Source of the DNA: Octopus sinensis
Taxonomy: Eukaryota
Assembly: GCF_006345805.1 (NCBI RefSeq)
Contig: NC_043020.1
Span: 4,712,001-4,776,000, forward strand
Reading direction: 5' to 3'
DNA: 64,000 nucleotides
Shown in pieces: positions 22,564-35,549 of the stretch. A program made the translations under genes and the position numbers. The notes below the pieces were generated by a model that was not told where the DNA came from, ran no database searches, and saw only the letters and a list, made by a program, of their open reading frames with translations. The stretch's first letter is position 1. Each line of letters begins with the position of its first letter.

Positions 22564-23001
22564 ATATATATATACATATATGTTTTATCTCGTTTTATTT
22601 CCTACTCATTTTTAAATATATCCGTTGGCTAGATTAGTTTATAATTTATTGCACAGATAGACTCCAAAATACATTAACATGTCCCTGTTTCTCTTCCTCT
22701 CTCTCTTTTACAAGTTATTTGTAAATATCCGGTCAGCTTGTGCGTATTACCATATTTGTTTTCCTTCTAATTTTTTTTTTTTGGTAATACCTTATTTTGA
22801 TGTTTCCCTTAAATGTTTTGCTCTGACGAGAATGGTAATACATAACTTTAATTATTATCGTATATGTTAAAAGGTAGATTGCCTGTATTTGGGTGTGTTG
22901 TGTGAACCACTTCTACTCCTATAATTTTCAACCGAATTTCACCAAATTTTATACATGCCTTACAAAAAATTTTCAACTTCGAAAGATGTCTGTCCTATAT
23001 A

Positions 23002-23035
<34 letters not shown>

Positions 23036-23268
23036 ACATTTATAGGCTAGCGAATATTCATTAGAAATATCACCACCAGTGGCCTAGCATATATAAATAG
23101 TCAATAGACAACATAATCATTTTTTTAAAATAGTGTACTTTTAAATACAAGACAAAACTACCCTTTAACAGGTAATTTTTACATGCTAGAAGTAGCAGCC
23201 AACACAGCCAAAAACCACGATTTAATAGGAATTTTCGAAGTAAATGAAAAATATAAACTTTTATCTTG

Positions 23269-23308
<40 letters not shown>

Positions 23309-23594
23309 ATTCCTTATGCATTCCAAAACCGAGTTACCGATGTTGACGTATGGAGTATCGAAAGATTCAGTACTATTTCAGCTAAGAATTAAATTTGATT
23401 GTCCTTCACATATTTGCATTTCAAAAATTTAACCTTATAATCTTTTCCATAAATCAAATAACGTAAACATTTTATACGGCGATGACGTCACATGTTCTAC
23501 ATGTGTGTATACCTTCAAAGACATCAATCATCACGACACACACCTTTACTCACTCACTCTATCTCTATTTCTCTCTCACGCATACACGCGCATG

Positions 23595-23634
<40 letters not shown>

Positions 23635-24884
23635 GTCCATTTCAAATAGAGGCAAAAATCCAGTTAATATGGGGGAAGATGAAAGACAGAGATGCCGGGT
23701 GACAGAGAAATGCTGATGTTTCATACCTTATATATGCTCTGAGAGAGAGAGGAGAGAGAGAGAGAGAGAGGGAGATTGTGTGTGTGTGTGTGTGTGTGTG
23801 TATGTTGCTTATGTATTCGAATATTGGGTTGCCCCTGGAATATTGTTTCACTTTCACTTTTTCATTTTTAGTTCTAATGTGATAACATTAATATCATTTT
23901 ATTTCTATTATATTTGAAATAAATGAATAATTTACATCCTAATGTGAACAACATTTCGCATCGACAACTTTCTGTCTTTATGGCCACCACAGCAGAATGG
24001 TGTGTCATTGTATGTGTTGACTGACATAACGAACGGCTGGAAGTGAAACTCTTGACAAAAAACAACGAGGTGGCAGGTCCAAGGTATATATAAATACACA
24101 GTTACCAATTAATCATTATCGCAGCAGTTGCAAGGTTGCAAGCTATTTACAGTTACATATTTGTCCTTAAATTAACATTTAATTCACGTGCTTAATGTAT
24201 ATATATTAAGAAATTTATCTACAATAATTATTGTGGCATTTACCGTTAAATTAGCAGTTCATGCACGTGCTTCTCATTGGTTAATTTATACTGCATACAA
24301 TAATAAAAACATACTACATACATACAACTGCTTGCAAAAATAGGGATTACTGTATAATTTTTTTTCCATGTTCACAATCTTTTGTTTACAAGATTGAAGA
24401 AATATGTCAGTAAGGAAAGCAAGTATATTCTCTCCAGAAACATGCATAAAGAAAGGAGGATTGTAGAAAACCGAAGGCGAGAAACCGAAGAGAGAAGCGA
24501 GAAGAGATTTTCTCAAGATCAGCAAAGGGAGGCTGCAGCACATCCCACTTTTTGCTTCTTTCTGACTTTTTTCACGATCTTTCAACCGTCCACCTTTTTA
24601 TCTTTTTAGTCAGCTTTTCTCCCTTTTTATCATCCTGTCTTTCCATTTTTAGTTCGTTATTGCATACGGGCAGAGCCTGATGATTGTGCTAGGACACCAG
24701 ACGTGTTAAAAATACTATCTGCCATGCTCCCACCTCATGAAACTAATAGTAGCACATAGAGCATATGTTACGTTTATTAAACAATATTTATCTCTCACCA
24801 GATAATGATAATAATAATACCTAAGGCGCACAGAGCTGCGCTCGGTAGTGAAGTGAAAGCACGCTATAAAAATAAAACTACTGA

Positions 24885-24915
<31 letters not shown>

Positions 24916-25055
24916 AATAATAATAAAAATAATAATAATAATATGAATAATATAATAATAATAAAATAATAATATAATATAATATATAATAATAATAATA
25001 ATCATAATAATAATAATAATAATAATAAATAATAATAATGATAATAATAATAATT
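24885..25055. repeat. (TAA)n microsatellite
   Basis: Directly visible. Confidence 0.95.
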
Positions 25056-25624
25056 TGGATAAATAAATAAAGTCGATTAGTGGTTTACATGTTGAGTTTC
25101 CACATCGATTACGCCTACCGAATTCACTCAAGACCCTAAATATTAGGAGATACTTGCCCAAGGTACCGCGTAATGGGGCCGAATCCGAAACCGCTTGTTT
25201 GGTCGCAAACTGAGCTTCGTAACCACGTAACCACGTAACCACCACTGGTCACAACTTTTCAGAAAACATTTCAGAAAATTTCTCTTCGATCACAACCAGC
25301 CTAGGGCTAACCCAAAACAACAACAACAACAGCAATACGAACAAAAACTACAACAACAACCACAACATCAACTGGAGCATTCTGTAACAAAGTATTACAA
25401 TGGCGATATTGAGTTAAACAGAGATCTGGAATGCCTTTTCTCAAACAGAGAAGCGGAAGCACAGCGTCCATCGACAGATTTATAGCGACATATAATTCTT
25501 TGCAAATAATACCGAATAAGGCAAGATTTGCTTTGATAGATAACAATGATAATTTGATAGAAAATGGTCACTTTGAATTCCTCTTTTGAATCAATCATAC
25601 TCGGATTAACACACTGCATTCACA

Positions 25625-25977
25625 AGTGTATATATATGTATATATATATATATAATATATTATATTATATATATATATATCTATATATATATTATTTTTA
25701 TACATATATATATATGTTCATACATATATTATATATATATATTGTTTATACATATATATAATGTTTACATATATATATATATTATATATATATATATACA
25801 ATATACATATATATATATATATGCATATATATAATATATATATTATATACATATACATACATATATATGCATATATATATATATACGTTTATACATGCAT
25901 ATACATATATATATACGTATACATATATAGATATACACATACATACATACATATATATATACATGTATACATATTTG

Positions 25978-26035
<58 letters not shown>

Positions 26036-26699
26036 CGTGTGGGTGTGTGTATATACGTGTTCACGAAGCTTATAGCGTAAACACATTTGCTCAAATGTCA
26101 CATTCAAGATGTTAATATAACAAATACCCTGTGTATATTACTTCTGATCCATTATCTGTAAACATATAAACATATACATACATACATGCATGCATACATA
26201 CATACATACATGCATACATACATACATGCATGCATACATACATACATACGTACATGCATGCATACATACATACATACATACATACTAACATATATACACA
26301 CATACATATATACTGTATCAGTGTATCGATCAGACTGTCTGATGTTGTTACACACCACTGGTCACAATGCGCTTCCGGGCATTGTTGTAGCCTTCAAACG
26401 ACGCCATCCCGAGGGGTAGGCGGACCAGCCTATGGCGTATAAGTGATCGAATTCAAGACATTAGCCCCAAACACGACGCCAGACTGTCACGGGTTAATCC
26501 AATTGCGGCCCAGTGGACTGGGACAAAGGTCCAGAAATCAAACCATGATCTTCCATGCAAGACGTGCCTTCCCTTTCTTACAGAGCGACTGGGAGAGAGA
26601 GAGGAGGAGGAGGAGAGAGAAAGAGAGAGAGAGGCAATTATGTGGATAAACGAATTAAAAATAAAAGCTTGGATTTGTTATACAATATACATATATATG

Positions 26700-26733
<34 letters not shown>

Positions 26734-27070
26734 TGTATGTATGTATGTATGTATGTATGTATGTGTGTATGTATGTATGTATGTATGTATGTATGTATGT
26801 ATGTATTATGTATGTATGTATGTATGTATGTAAGTATGTATGTATGTATGTATGCATGTATGAATGTATGATTGTATTTATGTATGTATGTATGTATGTA
26901 TGAATGTATGTATGTATGTATGAATGTATGTAAGTATGTATGTATGTATGATTGTATGTATGTATGTATGTATGTATGTATGTATGTATGTATGTATGTA
27001 TGTATATATGTATGTGTGTGTATGTATGTATGTATGTACGCATGCATGCATGTATGTATGTGTGTGTGTA
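25625..27070. repeat. Compound (TA)n/(CA)n/(TACA)n and (TATG)n microsatellites with a short repeat fragment at 26310-26580
   Basis: Directly visible. Source of the YI/HT/MYVC ORFs in the track. Confidence 0.9.
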
Positions 27071-27459
27071 TGTAAACAGGAATAAAGTAGAGACTTAAGT
27101 ATTTCAGACGATGAATATTCAGGTAGTAATATATTGATATTCATACCAATAGATCAAACTCACTTAAGATACAAACGACAAGGAAAATTAAAGAAAAAGA
27201 ATTAAGGTGTTATAAGTGCCATTGTTTCTGGAGGCTCGGAAATCCATCATAATGTTAATAGGCCGTAATGGAAGGAAATTAACATTGTACATATCGAGCT
27301 TCAGTCATCAGGGTAGAAAATTAATCTTACATTTCAGGACGACTTGATTCCGCCTATTGACACTTTTGACCCCACGGAATTGGTCCCTCATAAAGAGATC
27401 GGAGTCTAAGTTCGAATCATTTGAGTGTTAATAAGTGTTTACTATACCGAGAAGTGAAA

Positions 27460-27790
27460 GCGCATGGCTCAGTTTTTAGAGCGTCGAGCTTTCGATCTTG
27501 AGGTTGTGAGTTCGATTCCCGGGCCGGAATGCGTGTTGTGTTCTTGAGCAAGACACTTTATTTCACATTGCTCCAGTTCATTCAGCTGTAGAAATGAGTT
27601 ACGACGTCACAGGTGCCAAGCTGTATCAGCCTTTGCTTTTCCCTTGGATAACACTGGTGACATGGAGAGGGGAGGCCGGTATGCTTGAGCGACTGCTGGT
27701 CTTCCATAAACAACCTTGCCCGGACTTGTGCCTCGGAGGGTAACTTTCTAGGTGCAATCCCATGGTCATTCATGACCGAAGAGGGTCTAC
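27460..27790 (+). mobile_element. tRNA-derived SINE
   Basis: GCGCATGGCTCAGT...GGTTGTGAGTTCGATTCCCGGGCCGG head, then TTGAGCAAGACACTTTATTTCAC central domain. Confidence 0.8.
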
Positions 27791-28769
27791 TCATACCGAG
27801 AATCTCTGGATCTTATCTGTTTCCTACACACACACACACATACAGGGAATTTTTCCTCTCACCGTTTCTTTCGTTCTCTATCCGATTTGTTTATCTCAAT
27901 CCTTTCTATCGAAGAGTGTAGGAATGAAACGTCAAGGGCGCCTCAAATTTAGATTAAATCAGTGTTTCTCCAAGGGAAGGCCTATGGAACGGTCGTTCGG
28001 ACAAGTTGTTTTGAGAAAATTTGGTTTAAATGTTTGACAACTCAGCACCATCCATTGGAGGGGGAGGGCGTTTTGCTCGTACAGTATATATACGTATATA
28101 CTTTTACATAAAATAACGATAGGAAATATTTATACCCGTCAACATTGCAAAGCGGGTATTAGTTCATTTGAACGTATGTGTATGTGTGTACGTTCGTTTA
28201 TAAGTGTATTTGTCGTTATTTTATAATCCTTTAAGAGGTTAAAAAAAATCAATCAGTTTTCGCTATTATTCTTCAGAAATATTGTTCTTAAGAGATAGGA
28301 AAAAACTTGCGTACCTATAGAACAACTTAAGATATTTCAGTTTTTATATAAAATATAGAAATACAAAAGAAAAAAGCTGATGAAAATGTTGACATTTTGT
28401 CTTAATGTAGGATTATTCGCCGGTTCGATACTTTTTTTCTCACTCAATAAACGTTAAGGCATTTAGAATTTAAAATGAGGCGTACCGTTTAAAACCGTCA
28501 TCTTCCACACACACACATACACACATACACACACAAACACACGCACACATATATATATATATACACATATATATATACTTACAAACTTACATACATACAC
28601 ACACATAAACACACACAAAAAAACACACACATATATACATATATTTACAAATATATATATTTATATGTATATATATAAGTATGTATATATGTGTATGTAT
28701 ATGTGCATTTGTATGCATCTACGTATATATATATGTGTTATATATATAATATATATATATAATATAATT

Positions 28770-28800
<31 letters not shown>

Positions 28801-28949
28801 ATATAGGATGTCTAGAGAACTTACATGTATTTTAGCTGATGAGTACGGGACTCGTTTATATGCTGTAATCTTTGCAACTTTTAATAAACCTGTCCTTGTA
28901 TGAAACGATCGTACTAAAAACCTATCCATTCTTGTTGCTTCTTTCTCGC

Positions 28950-29004
<55 letters not shown>

Positions 29005-29359
29005 ACATAAATGTATATATGCACATCACACCCACACACACACACACACTCAAAAGCACATGCACAAACAGACATATTTACATGAATATATGCATATATT
29101 TATAAACACATTTTTGTATGCGTGTGTATTTTGGGTTGATGTGTGAGTGCGTGTGTGTTTGTGTGTGTATATAAAGCTCTTTGTCTTGTAAGATGTAGTA
29201 TAGAATCTCGTCTGTTTAACTGAACATAGCGGAGTCTGTAATAGTGGGCGCCTGTCTTAGAGAAGCGATTATGTTACTGATTGAGCGGGGGGCATATGGC
29301 GAGTGTAAATAGGAATATAATGCGACCAGTGGGGGAGTGGGGGAGTGTGTGTGTGCCGG

Positions 29360-29652
29360 TATGAGAGGGAGAGGTTAAGAGGGAGAGAGAGAGAGAGAGA
29401 GAGAAAGAGAGGGGTGGGGTGAGAAAGAGACGAATAGAGAGAAAGAGAAAGAAGGAAAGAGAGAGAAAGTGAAAGAAGGAGAGCGTGAAAGAGATAAATT
29501 GAGAGAGAGAGAGAGAGGGAGAGAGAGAAAGAGAGGAATAGAGAGAAAGCGAGAGAAAGAGAGAGAGAAAGGGAGACAGGGAGAGAGTGAAAGAGAGAAA
29601 GAAAGGTAGGGAGAGAGAGGAAGAGAGAGGGAGAGGGAGAGAGAGAAAGAAC

Positions 29653-29700
<48 letters not shown>

Positions 29701-29958
29701 AAAGATTCGATGTAAGTCAATAGGAAATGTTAGTAGACAATATATTTTGTGGAACGACAATGAAGATGATGATGATGGTGGCGGTGGTGAACAAGGTAAA
29801 GAAGAGCAAGAATAGGAAGAAGGAAATAAGAATAAGAAGCAGGTGGAGGAGGAGGAAGAAGATGAGAAGGAGGAAGATGGTGAAGGAGGAGGAAGAGGGG
29901 GAGGAGAAGAAAGAGAAGACGGAAAGAAGAAGACGAAGAAGAAGAAGAAGAAGATGAC

Positions 29959-30009
<51 letters not shown>

Positions 30010-30290
30010 GATGAAGAAGATGGTGATGAATAAGAAGAGAATAAAGAAAAAGACGAAGATAATGATGATGATGATGAAGAAGATGATGAAGAAGATGATG
30101 AAGAAGAAGATGATGAAGAAGATGATGAAGATGAAAAAGATGAAGAAGAAGAAGTGGACGAAGAAGAAGAAGAAGAAGAAAAAGTGGACGAAGAAGAAGA
30201 AGAAGAAGAAGAAAAAGAAGAAGAAGAAGTAGAAGAAGTAGAAGAAGAAGAAGAAGAAGAAGAAGAAGAAGAAGCGACGAGAAGGCTGAC
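29360..30290. repeat. (GA)n polypurine tract followed by (GAT)n/(GAA)n triplet repeats
   Basis: Directly visible. Confidence 0.9.
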
Positions 30291-30519
30291 GATGGCTTTC
30301 ACGTTCATGATCATTTTATAATGGCGATCATGGTGATGGGGATTTTCATAATGACGACGACGACGACGACGGTGGTGATGATTATGATCATATTACTGAG
30401 GGAAGAAAAAACACACAGACAGACCATCACCTCTGAATTATATGACCGGTTCCCCGTCAGCATCTTCTCACACGTTTCCAGTTTGTGCTTCATATATAAT
30501 AAGTATCAAATAGTTCAAC

Positions 30520-30679
30520 ACTATCTCTTTATCTATCTACCTGTCTGTCGGCCTATCTATTCATCTGTCTGCTTGTCTGTCCGTCAGTCTCACTGTCTGT
30601 CTGCTTGTCTGTCTGTCTGCTTGTCTGTCAGTCAGCTTGTCTGTCTGTCTATCTATTTATCTCTCAGAAGATCTGTCTG

Positions 30680-30727
<48 letters not shown>

Positions 30728-30775
30728 ACTATCTATCTATCTATCTATCTATCTTTCCATCATCTATCTATCTAA

Positions 30776-30832
<57 letters not shown>

Positions 30833-30836
30833 CATC

Positions 30837-30899
<63 letters not shown>

Positions 30900-31028
30900 C
30901 ATCTATCTATCTGTCCGTCTGTCTGTTTTTTTTTCTCCCCACCCATCCCACCTCGAAAAGAAAAAATTCTACATTGTATTTCGTCCATTTTTATTCTGTG
31001 TTTAGCCCTGTGTGGTTACAATAAAAAG

Positions 31029-31105
<77 letters not shown>

Positions 31106-31119
31106 AATATATCTATCTT

Positions 31120-31176
<57 letters not shown>

Positions 31177-31290
31177 TATATATAATATATCAACCTACCT
31201 ACATACCTATCTACCTACCTCCTACCTACTTACCAAGATATTTACCTTCGAACATATATACATCTCTCTCTCTATCTATCTATCTATCTA
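30520..31290. repeat. (TCTG)n/(TCTA)n microsatellite containing a short LINE 3-prime tail at about 30920-31030
   Basis: The tail AGCCCTGTGTGGTTACAATAAAAAG resembles the 3-prime end of the Tx1 element at about 32550. Confidence 0.8.
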
Positions 31291-32580
31291 TCTTTCTATG
31301 CGCAGATGCGCAGACACGCGCTGAGACTGCGACATCTCTGGCTCTATGTAGACGACGGTGAACAGGTGTGGTCGCCGTTTGTGAGGCACGCTTTCCCGCA
31401 GCTCGTCTCCATGACCGAACTGCAGTCGTGGATCAAAAAGAGGCCGAGGAAGGGCGAATGGCACCGCGAGTGTCGCGTTGCTCTCAAGCAACTCTGCCGT
31501 CCTGGGTCGACCTTAAGTGACTTCAACACAACCAAAGCATTCTATAGGGGTTTAGTGGAGGGGAGGTACGACGACGAGCTCGGGGCGAACCTGGACGTCG
31601 ACGAGGAGTACCTGACCCGCCTGTTCGGGACGACTTTCGGGCCAGGGCCCATGGACAACTTCCAGAGATCCCTGGCCTGGCAGTGCTACCGAGAAGCGCT
31701 ACCCGTTCGGGATAAGCTCTACAGACACGGCTCGAGAAACACGGGGCCGACCTGCCCGAGATGCGGTCAGAGCGACGAAACCGTTCTGCACGCATTCGTT
31801 CAGTGTCCAACAATTTCCGACCTGTGGGCTTGTGTCGAACAACTGCTGTCACGTGTGGGACGAGTCGGTTTATCAGCTGAGTCTATCGTCAATATGTCAC
31901 GCCTCCTTCCTTCAAACGGGAAGGAAGAGCTATTTCATCATCCTTGTGGCTATGGCGAAAGAATGTATCTGGTGGACGCGTCTGAAAGGATTGGAGACAA
32001 ACACTTTCCTCTCTGGTCAATCTCTCATCAACTTCTTCAAGTACCACTTGAAAAGGAAAGTGAGAGTAGAGAGGCAAGTTTTGTCTAGCGAATGTTTTAA
32101 AAAAAGATGGTGAATGTAGCAAGAATGGCACGTATGAATGACGAAGCCACCTTGAGCATAGTCCTATGAACCCAGAATCGAAAACAGAGAGTTGCTTATT
32201 TGCAAAAAAAAAAAAAAAAAAAAAAGAAATATAAAATGTGACTTCATTGACCGAGGTTACCGTGGTCTTTTCCGCAGGCTTTTCTTTCCACGGGTAAACC
32301 TCACCTGTCCTCCCCTTTTACACTCATATTGACATTCCTGTGATAACGATCCCTATTGATCATTTTTTTTCCTCTCCCCCCCTTTTCTTTTTTTTTTTTT
32401 TTTTTTTTTAACCCCCCTTATTTTTGTCCTCTTTCTCTCCTTTTACGATCCCTTTTGATCGAACCTCCCCCTTCCTTTTTTTTTTTTTTTTTTTTTTTTA
32501 ATACCTTCAAAAGAAAAGCTCTACCTTGTAATTTGTTCTATCTGTGTGCAGCCCTGTGTGGCTAATAAGAAACATATCTA
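31290..32580 (+). mobile_element. 5-prime-truncated Tx1/L1-clade LINE (ORF2 C-terminus and 3-prime UTR) within (TCTA)n
   Basis: GC-rich ORF with the zinc-knuckle CPRCGQSDETVLHAFVQC. A frameshift near 31890 continues as IILVAMAKECIWWTR... T-rich 3-prime UTR. (TCTA)n on both sides. Confidence 0.85.
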
Positions 32581-32581
32581 T

Positions 32582-32636
<55 letters not shown>

Positions 32637-32966
32637 CCTACCTACCTACCTACCTACCTATCTAACTGTCTGTCTGTCTGCTTAATCGCTTTCTGCTTCA
32701 TCCCTTATATCTAGTGACACTTTAACTCTATTAATACCAACACTTCCCTCACACGAAGTTCACAGTAACACTTCATATATTAACAACGATACCTATAAAA
32801 TTACATAATTACAATATAATACAGCTTCGTAGTAAACCGTTGAGTGCCTACGTCAACAAATACGAAACCAACGGAATGCACCAGAGACTGTAGGTGTTAA
32901 TAAGTATGGTAACCAATATGGTGCGAAACGCTAGACTTTCTCACACCTGATAGCAACTAAACTTAC

Positions 32967-33038
32967 CTGCAATTATAATGTATCTCGGATTTATAAGAAA
33001 TATAGACATCGGAGTAATTCCTGGCAATAATTCATTCT
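32967..33038 (-). CDS. Candidate 72-bp symmetric phase-1 exon
   Basis: CATTTCTTATAG|...ATTGCAG|GTAAGT. Open only in phase 1-1: NELLPGITPMSIFLINPRYIIIA. Confidence 0.3.
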
Positions 33039-33234
33039 CTATAAGAAATGTATATATATATATATTGATATTGATATTAATTGCTTCAGATTGTCAAATG
33101 CTTCTCTTTTCTACCCCCTCCTCCTTCTCCTTTCTCTCCTCCTTCTCCTCCTTCTCTTCTTTACCTCTCGTACGCCCACTGTTCTCATTAACGGGAGCAT
33201 GTTGTGAACTTAATGAACAGAACAGATAATTCAG

Positions 33235-33251
33235 CCGTTTTATTATTATTA

Positions 33252-33289
<38 letters not shown>

Positions 33290-33430
33290 GTTATTATTTT
33301 TATTATTATCATCCTCATCATCATCATCATCATCATCATCGTCATCAGCAGCAGCAGCAGCATTATTACTCTTGCTGTTGCTGTTATTATCATCATTATT
33401 GTTATTATTATTATCATTCTCATTATTATT

Positions 33431-33491
<61 letters not shown>

Positions 33492-33554
33492 CTATCATTA
33501 ATATTATTATTATCATTATTAATATTATTATCATTATTATTATCATCATCATTA

Positions 33555-33609
<55 letters not shown>

Positions 33610-33625
33610 CATCATCATCATTATT
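33235..33625. repeat. (TTA)n/(TCA)n microsatellite
   Basis: Directly visible. Confidence 0.95.
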
Positions 33626-33799
33626 TGTTATTCTTTAGCATTCTAACACTGTCCATCACGTAATATTAAAACTTGTTTTCCAAAAATTTGTTTTTCCCTA
33701 CTTTATCATATCTCGGTTAATTGGTGCAAAAATTTTCTTGTGAAAACAACCTTTTCGAAAAACATTTAGACACTGACCAATCGTCCACTACTTTCGACC

Positions 33800-34690
33800 A
33801 CCGCGCACCGACTCGCCATCAGATTTTTTAGCATCATCAAACAACAACGCCGGCTATACTTAATATTTATAAACAGAAATCTTATACTACGAAATCATCT
33901 TTTCCTTTCTGATGATGACACAACGTTCTCAGAAACTATGTGTCCGTAGCAATATATTTATATATACTTCTTGAGAAGCATCAAACTCAGACCTATGAAC
34001 ACCACCAGTTAACACAAGCCTTTTGGTGTCATAGTTTAGTAGCTCTGGCTGTACATAGTACGTATATACAAAATTGTTATTTGATCTAAATTATCTTTTC
34101 CTTTCTGATGATGGCACAACATAATCAGAAGCACAGTGTCCATAGTTCAGATGCACGCCCACCACTCATTGCCTACCACCAGTCTCTGTACATCATAAAA
34201 CAACTCTGGACGTATAAACAGAACTGCTCTACTCTCCGCATTATCTTTTCATTCTGATGATGGTACAACGCTATTAGAAACCATGTATCCATAGTAACAT
34301 ATTTACATATGTTTTCTTGAGAAGCATCATAGTCAGATCAGTGATCACCACCAGATATCACCAGCATTTTGGTGTCATAGTTTAGCAGCTCCGGTTGTAC
34401 ATAGTACTTATAAACTACACTGTTATTCAATCCTAACAAACTTTTCTTTTCTGATGATGACACGACGTTATCAGAAACACATTGTCCATAGTGGTATATT
34501 TCTAATTATTTCTTCAAAAAAGCTTCAGGTGCATGCCCACTACCCACTGCTTACCTCCAGCTTCTGCGCATCATAGAACAACTTTGGTTGTACAAGGTAC
34601 ATATACACAGAACCGCTCTTCTTTCCAGCTTAATTATTTTCTAATAATGATATGATGCTAACCAAAACGAATGTGCCTAGAGCAGCAAAT
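33800..34690 (+). repeat. Degenerate tandem array (units of 196, 149, 197 and 190 bp, alternating A/B types) with hammerhead-like cores
   Basis: CTGATGA at 33909, 34105, 34254 and 34451 (CTAATAA at 34641). Units 1 and 3 share CTTGAGAAGCATC and TTTTGGTGTCATAGTTTAG; units 2 and 4 share CAG.TGCA.GCCCAC.AC.CA.TGC. Confidence 0.85.
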
Positions 34691-34816
34691 TTATATTTAT
34701 TTTAATAATATAACATCTGAACTTCTATTAGCAATCTATAATTATTAAATTGTATTACTGCTACTATTCTGTACAGTGCGTTGAGCACGCTATATTAATT
34801 TGATGAATAGACAGAC

Positions 34817-34935
34817 GTGGCTGTGTGGCAAGAAGATTGCTTACCAACTATATAGTTCCGGGTTCAGTCCTACTTCGTGGCATCTTGGGCAAACCTTGTG
34901 AGTAGATTTGGTACACGGAAACTGAAAGAGGCCCA
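34817..34935 (+). mobile_element. SINE head (GTGGCTGTGTGG..AAG family)
   Basis: GTGGCTGTGTGGCAAGAAG...GTTCCGGGTTCAGTCC...GTGGCATCTTGGGCAA. Confidence 0.75.
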
Positions 34936-34996
34936 TCAAATATGCATGTATGTATGTATGTATGTATGTATGTATGTATGTATGTATGTGTGTATG

Positions 34997-35029
<33 letters not shown>

Positions 35030-35048
35030 GTATATATATATCTATATA

Positions 35049-35110
<62 letters not shown>

Positions 35111-35113
<3 letters not shown>

Positions 35114-35549
35114 AAATATTGAATTTCTAAATCTCTCGTACAGACATGTACGGTGGTGGGGCGATAGAATGGTTGTATACTGTCAATATAACAAGAACGT
35201 GACAGTAGGGGGTACACCACCGCTGTATAGCCCTAGGAAGCATCGAACGCCTCCTGATGGCTTTGACACATTTTTCCCTGTGTCCTTATATACATATACG
35301 AAGGGGAGACAAACACCCCCGGCTGCCGAAACTGCATCTAGGGACACGTGTTTCAGGATCGTTGTCCTTCATCGGCCTAGAGTAGAAGACACCGGTCAAC
35401 CGGTGATATTTTCTCGACTTCGTAATTGTATATATCTATACTCAGTGAAGTCTATTCACTGATTATCAAAATAAGAAATATTGAATTTCTAAATCTCTCG
35501 TAGAGACATGTACGGTGGTGGGGCGATAGAATGGTTGTATACTGTCAAT
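35111..35549 (+). mobile_element. 362-bp unit plus 77-bp partial direct repeat, resembling a Penelope pseudo-LTR
   Basis: 35111-35187 is repeated at 35473-35549 with one mismatch. Contains CTGATGG (35254) and GAAAC-TGCA-TC (35328-35338). Confidence 0.55.

Noticed and set aside
25245-25500. Short frames rich in N-glycosylation sequons or Gln (NFSENISENFS..., PKQQQQQQYEQK...)
   Set aside because: Short, built around a (CAA)n tract next to a SINE, with no start or splice support.
33900-34470. C/D-box snoRNA cluster interpretation of the TGATGA repeats
   Set aside because: No consistently placed box D (CTGA) or terminal stems downstream of the putative C boxes.
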